Positions 7,965-15,873 of a stretch of DNA of 41,071 nucleotides are shown in pieces. The position numbers and the translations under genes were made by a program. The notes below the pieces were generated by a model. It was not told the origin of the DNA and ran no database searches. It saw only the letters and a list, made by a program, of their open reading frames with translations. Origin of the DNA: a bacterium (GTDB lineage Bacteria; Chloroflexota; Chloroflexia; Thermomicrobiales; UBA6265); NCBI GenBank assembly GCA_029977305.1, contig JAPOLF010000002.1:1-41071 (forward strand), given 5' to 3'. Numbering within the stretch: position 1 is the stretch's first letter; each line of letters opens with the position of its first letter.

Positions 7965-8747
7965 ATGGCTGATGTGATCCAACCGATGGTCGAGATCGTC
8001 GATGTGCGGAAGCGCTTCGGGGACAACGAGGTGCTGAAGGGGGTCAGCCTGACGATCACCCCGGGCGAGGTGGTGTCCATCATTGGCCCCAGCGGATCAG
8101 GCAAGACGACCCTGCTCCGCTGCATCAACTTCCTCGAGACCTATGACGGGGGGTGGATCCGCGTCAACGGCGAACCGGTCGGCTACCGGGAGAAGGGTGG
8201 CGCGCGGGTGCCGCTGAAGGAGAAGGATGTCGCCAAGCTCCGCGCGGAGACCGCGATGGTCTTCCAGCAGTTCAACCTCTTCCCGCACATGACCGCGCTC
8301 GGCAACGTGACCTTCGGCCCGACGCATGTGCGTGGTGTCGCCAAGGACGCCGCCAAGGAGCGGGGGTTGGAATTGCTGGCGCGGGTGGGGCTGCGGGAGA
8401 AGGCAGACAGCTATCCGGCGCAGCTCTCCGGTGGGCAGCAGCAGCGGGTCGCGATCGCGCGGGCGCTGGCGATGGATCCGAAGGTGATGCTCTTCGACGA
8501 GGTGACCAGCGCCCTCGACCCGGAGTTGGTGGGCGAGGTGCTCGCCGTGATGCAGGGTCTCGCGGACAGCCACGGCGTGACCATGATCGTGGTGACGCAC
8601 GAGATGCACTTCGCGCGCGATGCCGCGGATCGCCTCGTCTTCATGGATGGCGGGGTGGTTGTGGAGCAGGGCGTTCCCGCGGCGATGATCGAGGATCCGC
8701 AGTCAGAGCGCCTGAAGGCGTTCCTCCGCCGGTTCCACAACGCGTAG
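7965..8747 (+). CDS. Amino acid ABC transporter ATP-binding protein (GlnQ/HisP-like)
   Basis: Walker A GPSGSGKTT, ABC signature LSGGQQQRVAIARAL, Walker B MLFDEVTSALD and H-loop VTHEM. Confidence 0.9.
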   Translation: MADVIQPMVEIVDVRKRFGDNEVLKGVSLTITPGEVVSIIGPSGSGKTTLLRCINFLETYDGGWIRVNGEPVGYREKGGARVPLKEKDVAKLRAETAMVFQQFNLFPHMTALGNVTFGPTHVRGVAKDAAKERGLELLARVGLREKADSYPAQLSGGQQQRVAIARALAMDPKVMLFDEVTSALDPELVGEVLAVMQGLADSHGVTMIVVTHEMHFARDAADRLVFMDGGVVVEQGVPAAMIEDPQSERLKAFLRRFHNA

Positions 8748-8779
8748 GGACCCGGCGGAGGTTCGGTGCGCGACTCGGG

Positions 8780-10480
8780 CTAGGACTCCAATCCGTAGAC
8801 CGTGCGGGCGGTCTCCTCGTCGATGAACCCGTCGCGGAGATCGGCGCGGACCGCGTCCCGGTCACGCTTGCGCGGATCGCCCCAGCCGCCCCCGGTCCCG
8901 GTGATGAGTCGGGCGACATCGCCCTTCTGCAGCGGGTAGCGCGCGGTTTTGCCGGAGAGGTGCGAGGGGCGGCCGTCGGCGTGGATGATCTCGACACCGT
9001 TGCCCGTGCCGCTGTTGCCGCCGTCGACTCCCCATGGAACGAACTTGTGACGCCCGAAGGTGGCGGTGATGAAGCCGCCGTCGTCGCTGAGGATTCGGTA
9101 GTCGCGGATCAGGCCCGCCCCGCCGCGGAACTCGCCCTCGCCGCCGGGGGCGGTGTTGAATGCGTAGCGGTCGACTTGGATGCCGTAGACGAACTCGGTG
9201 ACCTCGATCGGGAGGATGTAGGTCTCGCCGTCGCCGAGGCAGACGAGGCCACCCTCGCCGTCCTGATCGCAGCCGGCGCCCCAACCACCGGCGTTTGGCT
9301 CGACGAGGATGGCGGGCTTCCCGGTGTCGGGATGGATCGTGTAGGTGACGTCGGCGCAGACGCTCATGAAGTGCCCCGCGGCGAGGCGGTGCGGCACGGC
9401 CGGCGCCATCGCCTTCCAGACGAGGTCCGCTGCGAAGATCATCGAATCCCAATACGTTGACACCGGGGCGGGGCGCTTCGCGGTGAAGACGGTGCCCTCC
9501 GGGCAGACGATCTTCAGCGGGCGGAAGCAGCCCTCATTCGCCGGCACGTGGGGATCGGTCAGGGCCTTGAAGACCATGCGCACCGCCGAGTCGAGGCCGG
9601 TCGCGGTGCAGTTGACCGGACCCCGCGTCTGCGGGTCGGTGCCGGTGAAGTCGCAGATCATCTCGGTGTCGGTGACGGTGACCTTCACCTGACAGTGGAT
9701 GGGATTGGAGGAGACGCCGTCGTCGTCGATCCAGTCTTCGGCGGTGTAGACCCCGTTGGGGAGTTTCGCGAGTTCGCGCCGGGTGAGCACCTCGCCGTAG
9801 TCGAGCAGGGCGCGGACGGCGGCGCGGACCTTGTCGACGCCGTGGCGCTCGCACAGCTCGCGGTAGCGCAGCGCGCCGAGGCGGCACGAAGCCACCTGCG
9901 CCCAGACATCGCCCAACGTCATCTCGGGGGTGCGGACGTTGGCTTCGATGATGTCGAGCACGGATTGGTTCTGCACGCCGGCGTGGAAGAGTTTCACGCA
10001 GGGGAACTGCAGCCCCTCCTGCCAGATGTCGACGCTGTCGGTGGTCCACGATCCCGGATCCTTGCCGCCGACCTCGGTCCAGTGCGCCTTGTTCGCGCTG
10101 AAGCCGACGAGGGTGTCGCCGACGAAGATCGGCATCACCAGCGAGACATCGGAGAGGTGGGTGCCGCCGCCGGAGTAGGGGTCGTTGGTGACGATGATGT
10201 CGCCGTCGACGAATCCGTCCGGTCCGAACTTCTCGAGTGCGCTCTGAACGGCGAAGGCCATCGTGCCGAGGAAGCCGCCGACGCCATTGCCTTGGGCGAC
10301 GAGTTGCCCGCGCTCATCGGTGATGCCGCAGCAGTAGTCGAGAACCTCGTAGATGATCGGGCTCTGCGAGGTCCGCTGCAGGGAGACGAACATCTCATCC
10401 CCGATGGCGTTGAGCGCCTCCTTGATGATCTCGGTCGTGAACGGGTCGAGCCCGCTCGAGGTGGTGGTGTGGGTGCTCAT
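8780..10480 (-). CDS. hyuB: Hydantoinase B / oxoprolinase-family subunit (N-methylhydantoinase B, acetone-carboxylase-alpha type)
   Basis: 566 aa. The N-terminal DPFTTEIIKEALNAIGDEM block is characteristic of Hydantoinase_B. Lies 17 nt downstream of hyuA with a GAGGAG RBS. Confidence 0.85.
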   Translation of the reverse strand: MSTHTTTSSGLDPFTTEIIKEALNAIGDEMFVSLQRTSQSPIIYEVLDYCCGITDERGQLVAQGNGVGGFLGTMAFAVQSALEKFGPDGFVDGDIIVTNDPYSGGGTHLSDVSLVMPIFVGDTLVGFSANKAHWTEVGGKDPGSWTTDSVDIWQEGLQFPCVKLFHAGVQNQSVLDIIEANVRTPEMTLGDVWAQVASCRLGALRYRELCERHGVDKVRAAVRALLDYGEVLTRRELAKLPNGVYTAEDWIDDDGVSSNPIHCQVKVTVTDTEMICDFTGTDPQTRGPVNCTATGLDSAVRMVFKALTDPHVPANEGCFRPLKIVCPEGTVFTAKRPAPVSTYWDSMIFAADLVWKAMAPAVPHRLAAGHFMSVCADVTYTIHPDTGKPAILVEPNAGGWGAGCDQDGEGGLVCLGDGETYILPIEVTEFVYGIQVDRYAFNTAPGGEGEFRGGAGLIRDYRILSDDGGFITATFGRHKFVPWGVDGGNSGTGNGVEIIHADGRPSHLSGKTARYPLQKGDVARLITGTGGGWGDPRKRDRDAVRADLRDGFIDEETARTVYGLES

Positions 10481-10497
10481 GGGGGTGCTCCTCTCGG

Positions 10498-12531
10498 CTA
10501 GCGGCCGGCGCCGGTGGTGATCACCAAGTTGCCGATCTCGTCGATCACGGCCGTCTGGCCGGGGGAGATGACGGTGGTGCTTGCGGGCTCCTCGACCACG
10601 GCCGGGCCGCTGATCGCACGCCCGAGGGGCAGCGCGCTGCGTTCCCAGATGGTGGCCTCGAGGCGCCCGTGCTCATCGAAATCCACCAACCGCTTGCCCT
10701 TGGGCACGCCATCGCCGCCCTGCGTCAGGCGGGAGAGGGCGGGCTTGGGCGAAGGAACGCTGGCAACCACGTGGTAGTTCACGATCTCGGTCGGCGTGTC
10801 GAGCCGGAAGGTGTATGCCCGGTTGTGCAACTGGTGGAAGGTCTCGACGACGTCCGCGAGCGAGCCCTCGACTGGGAACGGGACGCGGACGGTGTGCTCC
10901 TGTCCTTGGTATCGCATGTCGGCGAATTGCTCGATGACCACCGCGCTCGGCGACTCACCGCGATCGGCGAAAAACGTGCGTGCTTCCTGCGAGAGCGCGG
11001 CGAAGCGCCCGGCGATGGTCGCCGCGGCCGCTGAGGTCGCGGGGGTGACCGCGGTCTGCACGAAATCCTGCAGGGGGTCGGTCATCAGCATGCCCCACGC
11101 GGAGAAGTGGCCTGGGGCAGGCGGGATGATCACCGTGTTCACGTGGAGTTCGCCGGCGAGGGCGGCCGCATGCATCGCCCCGCCGCCACCGAAGGCGATG
11201 AGCGCGAAATCGCGGGGGTCATAGCCGCGGCGGACCGAGACGAGTTTGAGCGCGTTGATCATGTTGGCGTTGGCGATGCGGATCACGCCGAGAGCAGCCT
11301 CGTCGACACTGACGCCGAGGGCGCGGGCGATCGGATCCATGGCGCGGCGGGCAGCGTCCACACTGACCGTGATCTCGCCACCGAGGAAGTAGTCGGGGTT
11401 GATGCGTCCTGCTATCAGGTTGGCGTCGGTGACGGTGGGTTGGGTGCCGCCCTTGCCGTAGCAGGCGGGACCGGGGATCGCCCCGGCGCTCTTTGGACCG
11501 ACCTTCAGCGCGCCGCCGTCGTCGATCCACGCGATGCTCCCGCCGCCGGCGCCGATCTCGACGATGTCGACGACCGGGGCTTTGATCGGGTAGCCGGCGT
11601 TGTGCTCGTCGCGCTCGATCCGGTACTCGGTGGTGATCTTGACGATGCCATCGTCGACGAGAGTGCATTTGGCGGTGGTCCCGCCGATGTCGAGGGTGAT
11701 CAGATCGGTGATCCCGATCGCCTTGCCGATCGCGACCGCCCCGATCACGCCACCGACCGGACCCGATTCGACGAGGTGGATCGGCTGCTCCGCGAGGACC
11801 TCAAAGGACTGGGTGCCGCCGTTGGACTTCATCGCGTTGAGGCGGGAGGCGACCCCGGCGCCGCGGAGGTCGCGCTCGAGCGCCCCGAGGTAGCTAGACG
11901 CCACCGGTTGCACAAACGCATTCAGCACGGCGGTGGACGTCCGCTCATATTCGCGCCATTCGCGGGTGAGATCGCTGGCGGCGGTGACGGTGACCCCCGG
12001 GAGGCGTTGCCGGAGGATGTCGGCGACCTGCCGCTCGTGCGCGGGGTTGGCGTAGCTGTGGAGGAAGCTGACCGCAACCGCACCGACCTCCGCCGCAGCG
12101 AGCTCATCGGCCACCGCGTCCACCGTGGCAAGGTCGAGCGGGGTGACGATCTCACCCTTGTAGTTGCAGCGCTCGCGCACCTCGAAGCGGAGATGCCGCG
12201 GTACGAATGGCTCCTGCTTGCGGAACCGCAGGTTGTAGATGTCGGGGCGATTGGCGCGGCCGATGGCGAGGACGTCGCGGCACCCCTCGGTGGTGACGAG
12301 CGCGGTCTTGGCGCCTTTGCGCTCGGTGAGGGCATTGATCACCACGGTGGTGCCGTGGACGAAGTGGTCGATCGCCTCGGGCGGGACGCCGGATTTGCGC
12401 AAGGCGTCCATGATGCCGTCGGCGAAGGCCGGAGGCGTCGAGGAGGCTTTGGCGAGACCGACCTGTCCGGTGGCGTCGTCGAGGTAGACCAAGTCGGTGA
12501 ATGTTCCGCCGATGTCGGTGGCGAGTCTCAC
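10498..12531 (-). CDS. hyuA: Hydantoinase A / oxoprolinase-family ATPase subunit (N-methylhydantoinase A type)
   Basis: GTG start at 12531 (VRLATDIGGTFTDLVY), preceded by GGGAGG, giving 677 aa. ASKHA phosphate motifs DIGGTFTD and LDIGGTTAKC. The 984-aa ORF on the track is an implausible 5' extension across the ABM gene and the divergent DUF917 gene. Confidence 0.85.
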   Translation of the reverse strand: MRLATDIGGTFTDLVYLDDATGQVGLAKASSTPPAFADGIMDALRKSGVPPEAIDHFVHGTTVVINALTERKGAKTALVTTEGCRDVLAIGRANRPDIYNLRFRKQEPFVPRHLRFEVRERCNYKGEIVTPLDLATVDAVADELAAAEVGAVAVSFLHSYANPAHERQVADILRQRLPGVTVTAASDLTREWREYERTSTAVLNAFVQPVASSYLGALERDLRGAGVASRLNAMKSNGGTQSFEVLAEQPIHLVESGPVGGVIGAVAIGKAIGITDLITLDIGGTTAKCTLVDDGIVKITTEYRIERDEHNAGYPIKAPVVDIVEIGAGGGSIAWIDDGGALKVGPKSAGAIPGPACYGKGGTQPTVTDANLIAGRINPDYFLGGEITVSVDAARRAMDPIARALGVSVDEAALGVIRIANANMINALKLVSVRRGYDPRDFALIAFGGGGAMHAAALAGELHVNTVIIPPAPGHFSAWGMLMTDPLQDFVQTAVTPATSAAAATIAGRFAALSQEARTFFADRGESPSAVVIEQFADMRYQGQEHTVRVPFPVEGSLADVVETFHQLHNRAYTFRLDTPTEIVNYHVVASVPSPKPALSRLTQGGDGVPKGKRLVDFDEHGRLEATIWERSALPLGRAISGPAVVEEPASTTVISPGQTAVIDEIGNLVITTGAGR

Positions 12532-12566
12532 TGGATACCTCCCGGTGATGCGAACGTGGTGGCGGA

Positions 12567-12926
12567 TTAGCGGTCCATCGTGGGCGCGCCGGCTTCGGCG
12601 GCGGTGGTGGTGCCTTCGGCGAGGTAGACGTCGTAGACGATCCCCGGTGCGCGCTCCTCGCTCATGAAGGGGGAGAGTTGCTCGCCGGAGTATTCGCGCC
12701 ATGGGTTGTCGAGCCAGCCTTGGTAGTCTTCCCGCTTCGCCCAGAGGGCGGTGACGAGGACTGGCCCCTCGGGATCGGGGTGGGCGTGGATCTCGACGCT
12801 CAGACAGCCGTGCTGCTTCATCGCGTTGCCGGGGACGTCGATGCGCCGGAAGACCTCCAGCAACTGGGCTTGCATGCCCGGCTTGGGCTGGAGGAAGAGC
12901 ACGCTGCGCGCCGGACCGTGGGACAT
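12567..12926 (-). CDS. Small ABM-fold (antibiotic-biosynthesis-monooxygenase-like, dimeric alpha-beta barrel) protein
   Basis: 119 aa. The pattern LFLQPKPG...LLEVF...GCLSVEIH...DPEGPVLVTALWAKREDYQGWL fits the ABM ferredoxin-like fold signature. First gene of the ABM-hyuA-hyuB transcription unit. Confidence 0.6.
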   Translation of the reverse strand: MSHGPARSVLFLQPKPGMQAQLLEVFRRIDVPGNAMKQHGCLSVEIHAHPDPEGPVLVTALWAKREDYQGWLDNPWREYSGEQLSPFMSEERAPGIVYDVYLAEGTTTAAEAGAPTMDR

Positions 12927-13030
12927 GGGTGCAACTCCTTGGCATCGAACGCGGATGAGTGACGCCCGGTATCATCGCCCGACACGGGGCAATGGTCCAA
13001 CAGTGGTGCCCGGTGCGATGTGAGGCACGA

Positions 13031-14134
13031 ATGAGAGAGATCACGGCGGACAATCTGGCGGCATTGGCGATCGGTGCCGGCATTCTCGGGACAGGTGGCG
13101 GCGGCAATCCGCGGGTGGGGATGCTCACCGCGCTGCAGCACGTGAAGGCGGGTGCGCCGATCCGGGTCGTCGGGATCGAGGAGGTTGGGGACGACGCCTT
13201 CGCGACGAGCGTGGGTGGGATGGGTGCCCCGGTCGTCTCGGTCGAGCGACTGCCGCGCGGAGATGAGCCGCTCAACGCCCTGCGTGCGCTGGAGCACCAT
13301 CTGGGTCGGGCATTCACGCATCTCATCCCCGGGGAGATCGGCGGCGCAAACAGCATGCGGCCGCTGATCGTCGCCGCGCAGACGGGCCTCCCGGTGGTCG
13401 ATGGCGACGGCATGGGCCGCGCCTTCCCGGAACTGCAGATGGACACCTTCACGATCTACGGGGTGCCCCCGACCCCGGGGGCGATTTGCGATCCGCGAGG
13501 ACACGTCGCGATCTTCGATGGCATCGCCGAGGCGCAGACGCTGGAGCGGTACGCCCGCGCGGTGACGATCCAAATGGGTGGCGCTGCCGGATATGCCTTC
13601 CCCCCGATGGATGCCGAGCAACTGCGGCGGACGACGATCCCCGGCACCATCACCCTCGCGCAGCGGATCGGCGAGGCGGTGCTCGGGGCGCGCAACGGCC
13701 GGGGCAATCCGATCGACGCGGCCTTGGCGGTCTCAGGCGGTCGGCGCCTCTTCCACGGCAAGATCACCGATGTCGAGCGGCGGTTGGAGGGTGGGTTCGC
13801 GCGGGGCATCGTGGTGATCGCCGGGGCAGACGAGGATGAGGGGCGCACGCTCCACATCGACTTCCAGAATGAGAACCTGATCGCGCGGGACGGACAGGGC
13901 GCCGTGTTGGCGGTGGTGCCCGATCTGATCTGCATCGTCGATCAGGATTCCGCCGAGCCGATCACCACCGAGTTGCTGCGCTACGGCCTTCGGGTCGCGG
14001 TGTTGGCGATCCCGGCACCGGAATTGCTGAAGACCCCCGAGGCCTTGGCGGTCGTCGGTCCGGCGGCCTTTGGCTATCCGGACGTCGCATATGAGCCGAT
14101 GGACGGCGTCTTCGGGGTTGGCGCGCACGGCTGA
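13031..14134 (+). CDS. DUF917-family protein, paralogue 1
   Basis: Start chosen at MREITADNL (367 aa). Signature blocks [39 protein letters not shown] and PDLICIVDQDSAEPITTELLRYGLRV. About two-thirds identical by eye to paralogue 2 (21623-22726). Confidence 0.85.
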   Translation: MREITADNLAALAIGAGILGTGGGGNPRVGMLTALQHVKAGAPIRVVGIEEVGDDAFATSVGGMGAPVVSVERLPRGDEPLNALRALEHHLGRAFTHLIPGEIGGANSMRPLIVAAQTGLPVVDGDGMGRAFPELQMDTFTIYGVPPTPGAICDPRGHVAIFDGIAEAQTLERYARAVTIQMGGAAGYAFPPMDAEQLRRTTIPGTITLAQRIGEAVLGARNGRGNPIDAALAVSGGRRLFHGKITDVERRLEGGFARGIVVIAGADEDEGRTLHIDFQNENLIARDGQGAVLAVVPDLICIVDQDSAEPITTELLRYGLRVAVLAIPAPELLKTPEALAVVGPAAFGYPDVAYEPMDGVFGVGAHG

Positions 14135-14233
14135 GACACGGTGTCGCGCGGGATGGCATCATAGGCGGCGCATGGTCGCGGATGCGATCGCGGCGATGGT
14201 GCTATTGCCCTCCTTGAACCGAAAGGACCTGCC

Positions 14234-15673
14234 ATGTCACCGATTTCCCGGCGCTCGCTCATCCAGTCCGCGGCGGCGCTCGCCGCGACCCCCGTGGCCG
14301 CGGAGCAGTGGTCGATCACCAGCGCCATGGCGCAAGAGCCAAGCGCGCCGATCAGCGTCTACGCCAGTGGACTTTTCACGCCGCGCGGCCTCACCTTCGG
14401 GCCGGACGGCAAGCTCTACGTGGCCCTTGGTGGAAACGGCACGGCGGGAGCGGCCCCGAGCGCGGTGCGGATCGAGGACGGATGCGGCGTGGGCGTCGCG
14501 CACGGCCAGCCCTCCACGCAGGGGATGTCCGGTGCCGTGCAGGGGCCGGGTTCGGTGGCGTTCCTCGGCGATCAGCTCTATCTCCTGCAGGACTCCGAGG
14601 ATGACCGAGGCGATCTCATCTCCACCTACCCGAATGGCGTCTACACGGTGGCCAGCGACGGCGTCTGCACCTTGCTGGCAGATGTGTCCACGTGGATGAA
14701 CGAGAACCCGACCAAGGAGATCCCGGCGGATCGCGGCAAGCTGGGCGAGACCTTCGCGATGCTCGCGGGAGACGGCTTCCTCTGGGTCATCGAATCGAAC
14801 GAGGGGCAGGTGCTGAAGGTCACCCCGGACGGCACCATCACCCGCGTCGTTGACCTCTCCGAGGGACACCCGGTTCCGACCTGCTGTGCCGCCGCCCCGG
14901 ATGGCGGGCTGTACGTCGGAAACCTCACCGACGCGCCGTACCCGACTGGCAAGGCGCAAGTGATCCATGTCAAGGCCGATGGCTCGGTCGAGACGGTCTG
15001 GACCGGGCTGACGATGCTGGTCGGCCTCGCCACGGTGGACGGCACGCTCTACGCCTGTGAGATGGCGACCAACAACACGACGCAACCGCCCTTCACCCAG
15101 CCCGGGACCGGGCGCATCGTGAAGCAAAGCGGCCCCGACAAACTGACCGAGGTTGTCTCCGAGCTCGACTTCCCGATCGGCATGACGGTGGGCCCGGACG
15201 GGTTCCTCTACGTGTCGACCCCGTCCTTCGGTGGCGATGGGCCGAGCGGGTCGGTGCTGCGGATCGATCCGTCGGCGACCTTCCTCAGTGCTCCCGCGAA
15301 TCTCTACGACAGCGCGACTTGCCCTGGGTTCCAGGAGGCGTGGAAGGCGCAGCAGTCGGTTTTCGCCACCATGACCGCGAACGCCGACAAGCCCGTGCCG
15401 ACCGCCGAGGCGGCGATCCCGGCAAACACCGCCCCGGTGACCATCGTCAACTTCACCTTCGACCCGGGAAGCCTGACGATTGACGCCGGCCGGACCGTCA
15501 CCTGGACCAACAAGGACAGCGTGCCGCACACCGCGACCTCAAAGGACGGCACGTTCGATTCGGGCAACCTGAACGAAGGCCAGTCGTTCTCGTTCACCTT
15601 CGACAAGCCGGGGACGTACGACTACATCTGCACTTACCATCCGTACATGGTCGGGACGATCGTCGTCGAGTAG
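14234..15673 (+). CDS. Tat-exported beta-propeller-like protein with C-terminal cupredoxin (amicyanin/plastocyanin-like type-1 copper) domain
   Basis: Twin-arginine signal MSPISRRSLIQSAAALAATPVAA. Repeated PRGLTFGPDGKLYVA / APDGGLYVG / GPDGFLYVS strands (NHL/SMP-30/ScyD-like propeller). The C-terminal 80 aa (15431-15670) carry TWTNKDSVPHTATS and YICTYHPYM, i.e. the His...Cys-x2-His-x2-Met copper ligand pattern (Cys codon at 15629-15631). Confidence 0.8.
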   Translation: MSPISRRSLIQSAAALAATPVAAEQWSITSAMAQEPSAPISVYASGLFTPRGLTFGPDGKLYVALGGNGTAGAAPSAVRIEDGCGVGVAHGQPSTQGMSGAVQGPGSVAFLGDQLYLLQDSEDDRGDLISTYPNGVYTVASDGVCTLLADVSTWMNENPTKEIPADRGKLGETFAMLAGDGFLWVIESNEGQVLKVTPDGTITRVVDLSEGHPVPTCCAAAPDGGLYVGNLTDAPYPTGKAQVIHVKADGSVETVWTGLTMLVGLATVDGTLYACEMATNNTTQPPFTQPGTGRIVKQSGPDKLTEVVSELDFPIGMTVGPDGFLYVSTPSFGGDGPSGSVLRIDPSATFLSAPANLYDSATCPGFQEAWKAQQSVFATMTANADKPVPTAEAAIPANTAPVTIVNFTFDPGSLTIDAGRTVTWTNKDSVPHTATSKDGTFDSGNLNEGQSFSFTFDKPGTYDYICTYHPYMVGTIVVE

Positions 15674-15741
15674 CGATTCACCCGGGCGCATCGGTCAGCG
15701 GAGGCAGAGTGCCCGTCGAAATCGCGTCATCGTCGCAGTTG

Positions 15742-15757
15742 CAGCCGCGCGCGGCTG
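15742..15757. repeat. Perfect 16-bp palindrome CAGCCGCGCGCGGCTG (possible hairpin/terminator or protein-binding site)
   Basis: Read directly from the sequence. Located 69 nt downstream of the cupredoxin-fusion stop and 117 nt upstream of the SBP start. As RNA it gives a 6-bp stem with a 4-nt loop and no U-tract. Confidence 0.3.
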
Positions 15758-15873
15758 TGGCAAGATACCGTGGGCAACGACCGGGGCGTGGAAACGGATT
15801 GCCATTTTCGCCCCGTGGAGAAGCAGACGGCGCCGGCGGTCGGCGTCGGGATAGGGTTCAGGAGGAATGACGC

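Noticed and set aside
5234-8128. 964-aa ORF on the minus strand spanning the SBP/permease/ATPase genes. Similar long antisense ORFs occur at 295-2271 (+), 18654-20597 (-), 20569-21708 (-), 22566-25295 (-), 25677-27827 (-), 30787-32361 (-), 33838-35094 (-), 35057-36685 (-) and 38541-40751 (+).
   Set aside because: These are typical shadow ORFs of high-GC DNA. Their translations are Arg/His/Gly/Asp/Pro-rich low-complexity strings with no recognisable motifs. Each lies exactly antisense or out of frame to an ORF with clear family signatures and proper RBS/start context.
12532-13452. N-terminal extension of hyuA (track ORF 10498-13452, 984 aa).
   Set aside because: The extension crosses the ABM gene and the divergent DUF917 gene in a wrong frame. 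GTG at 12531 with a GGGAGG RBS gives the canonical RLATDIGGTFTD N-terminus.
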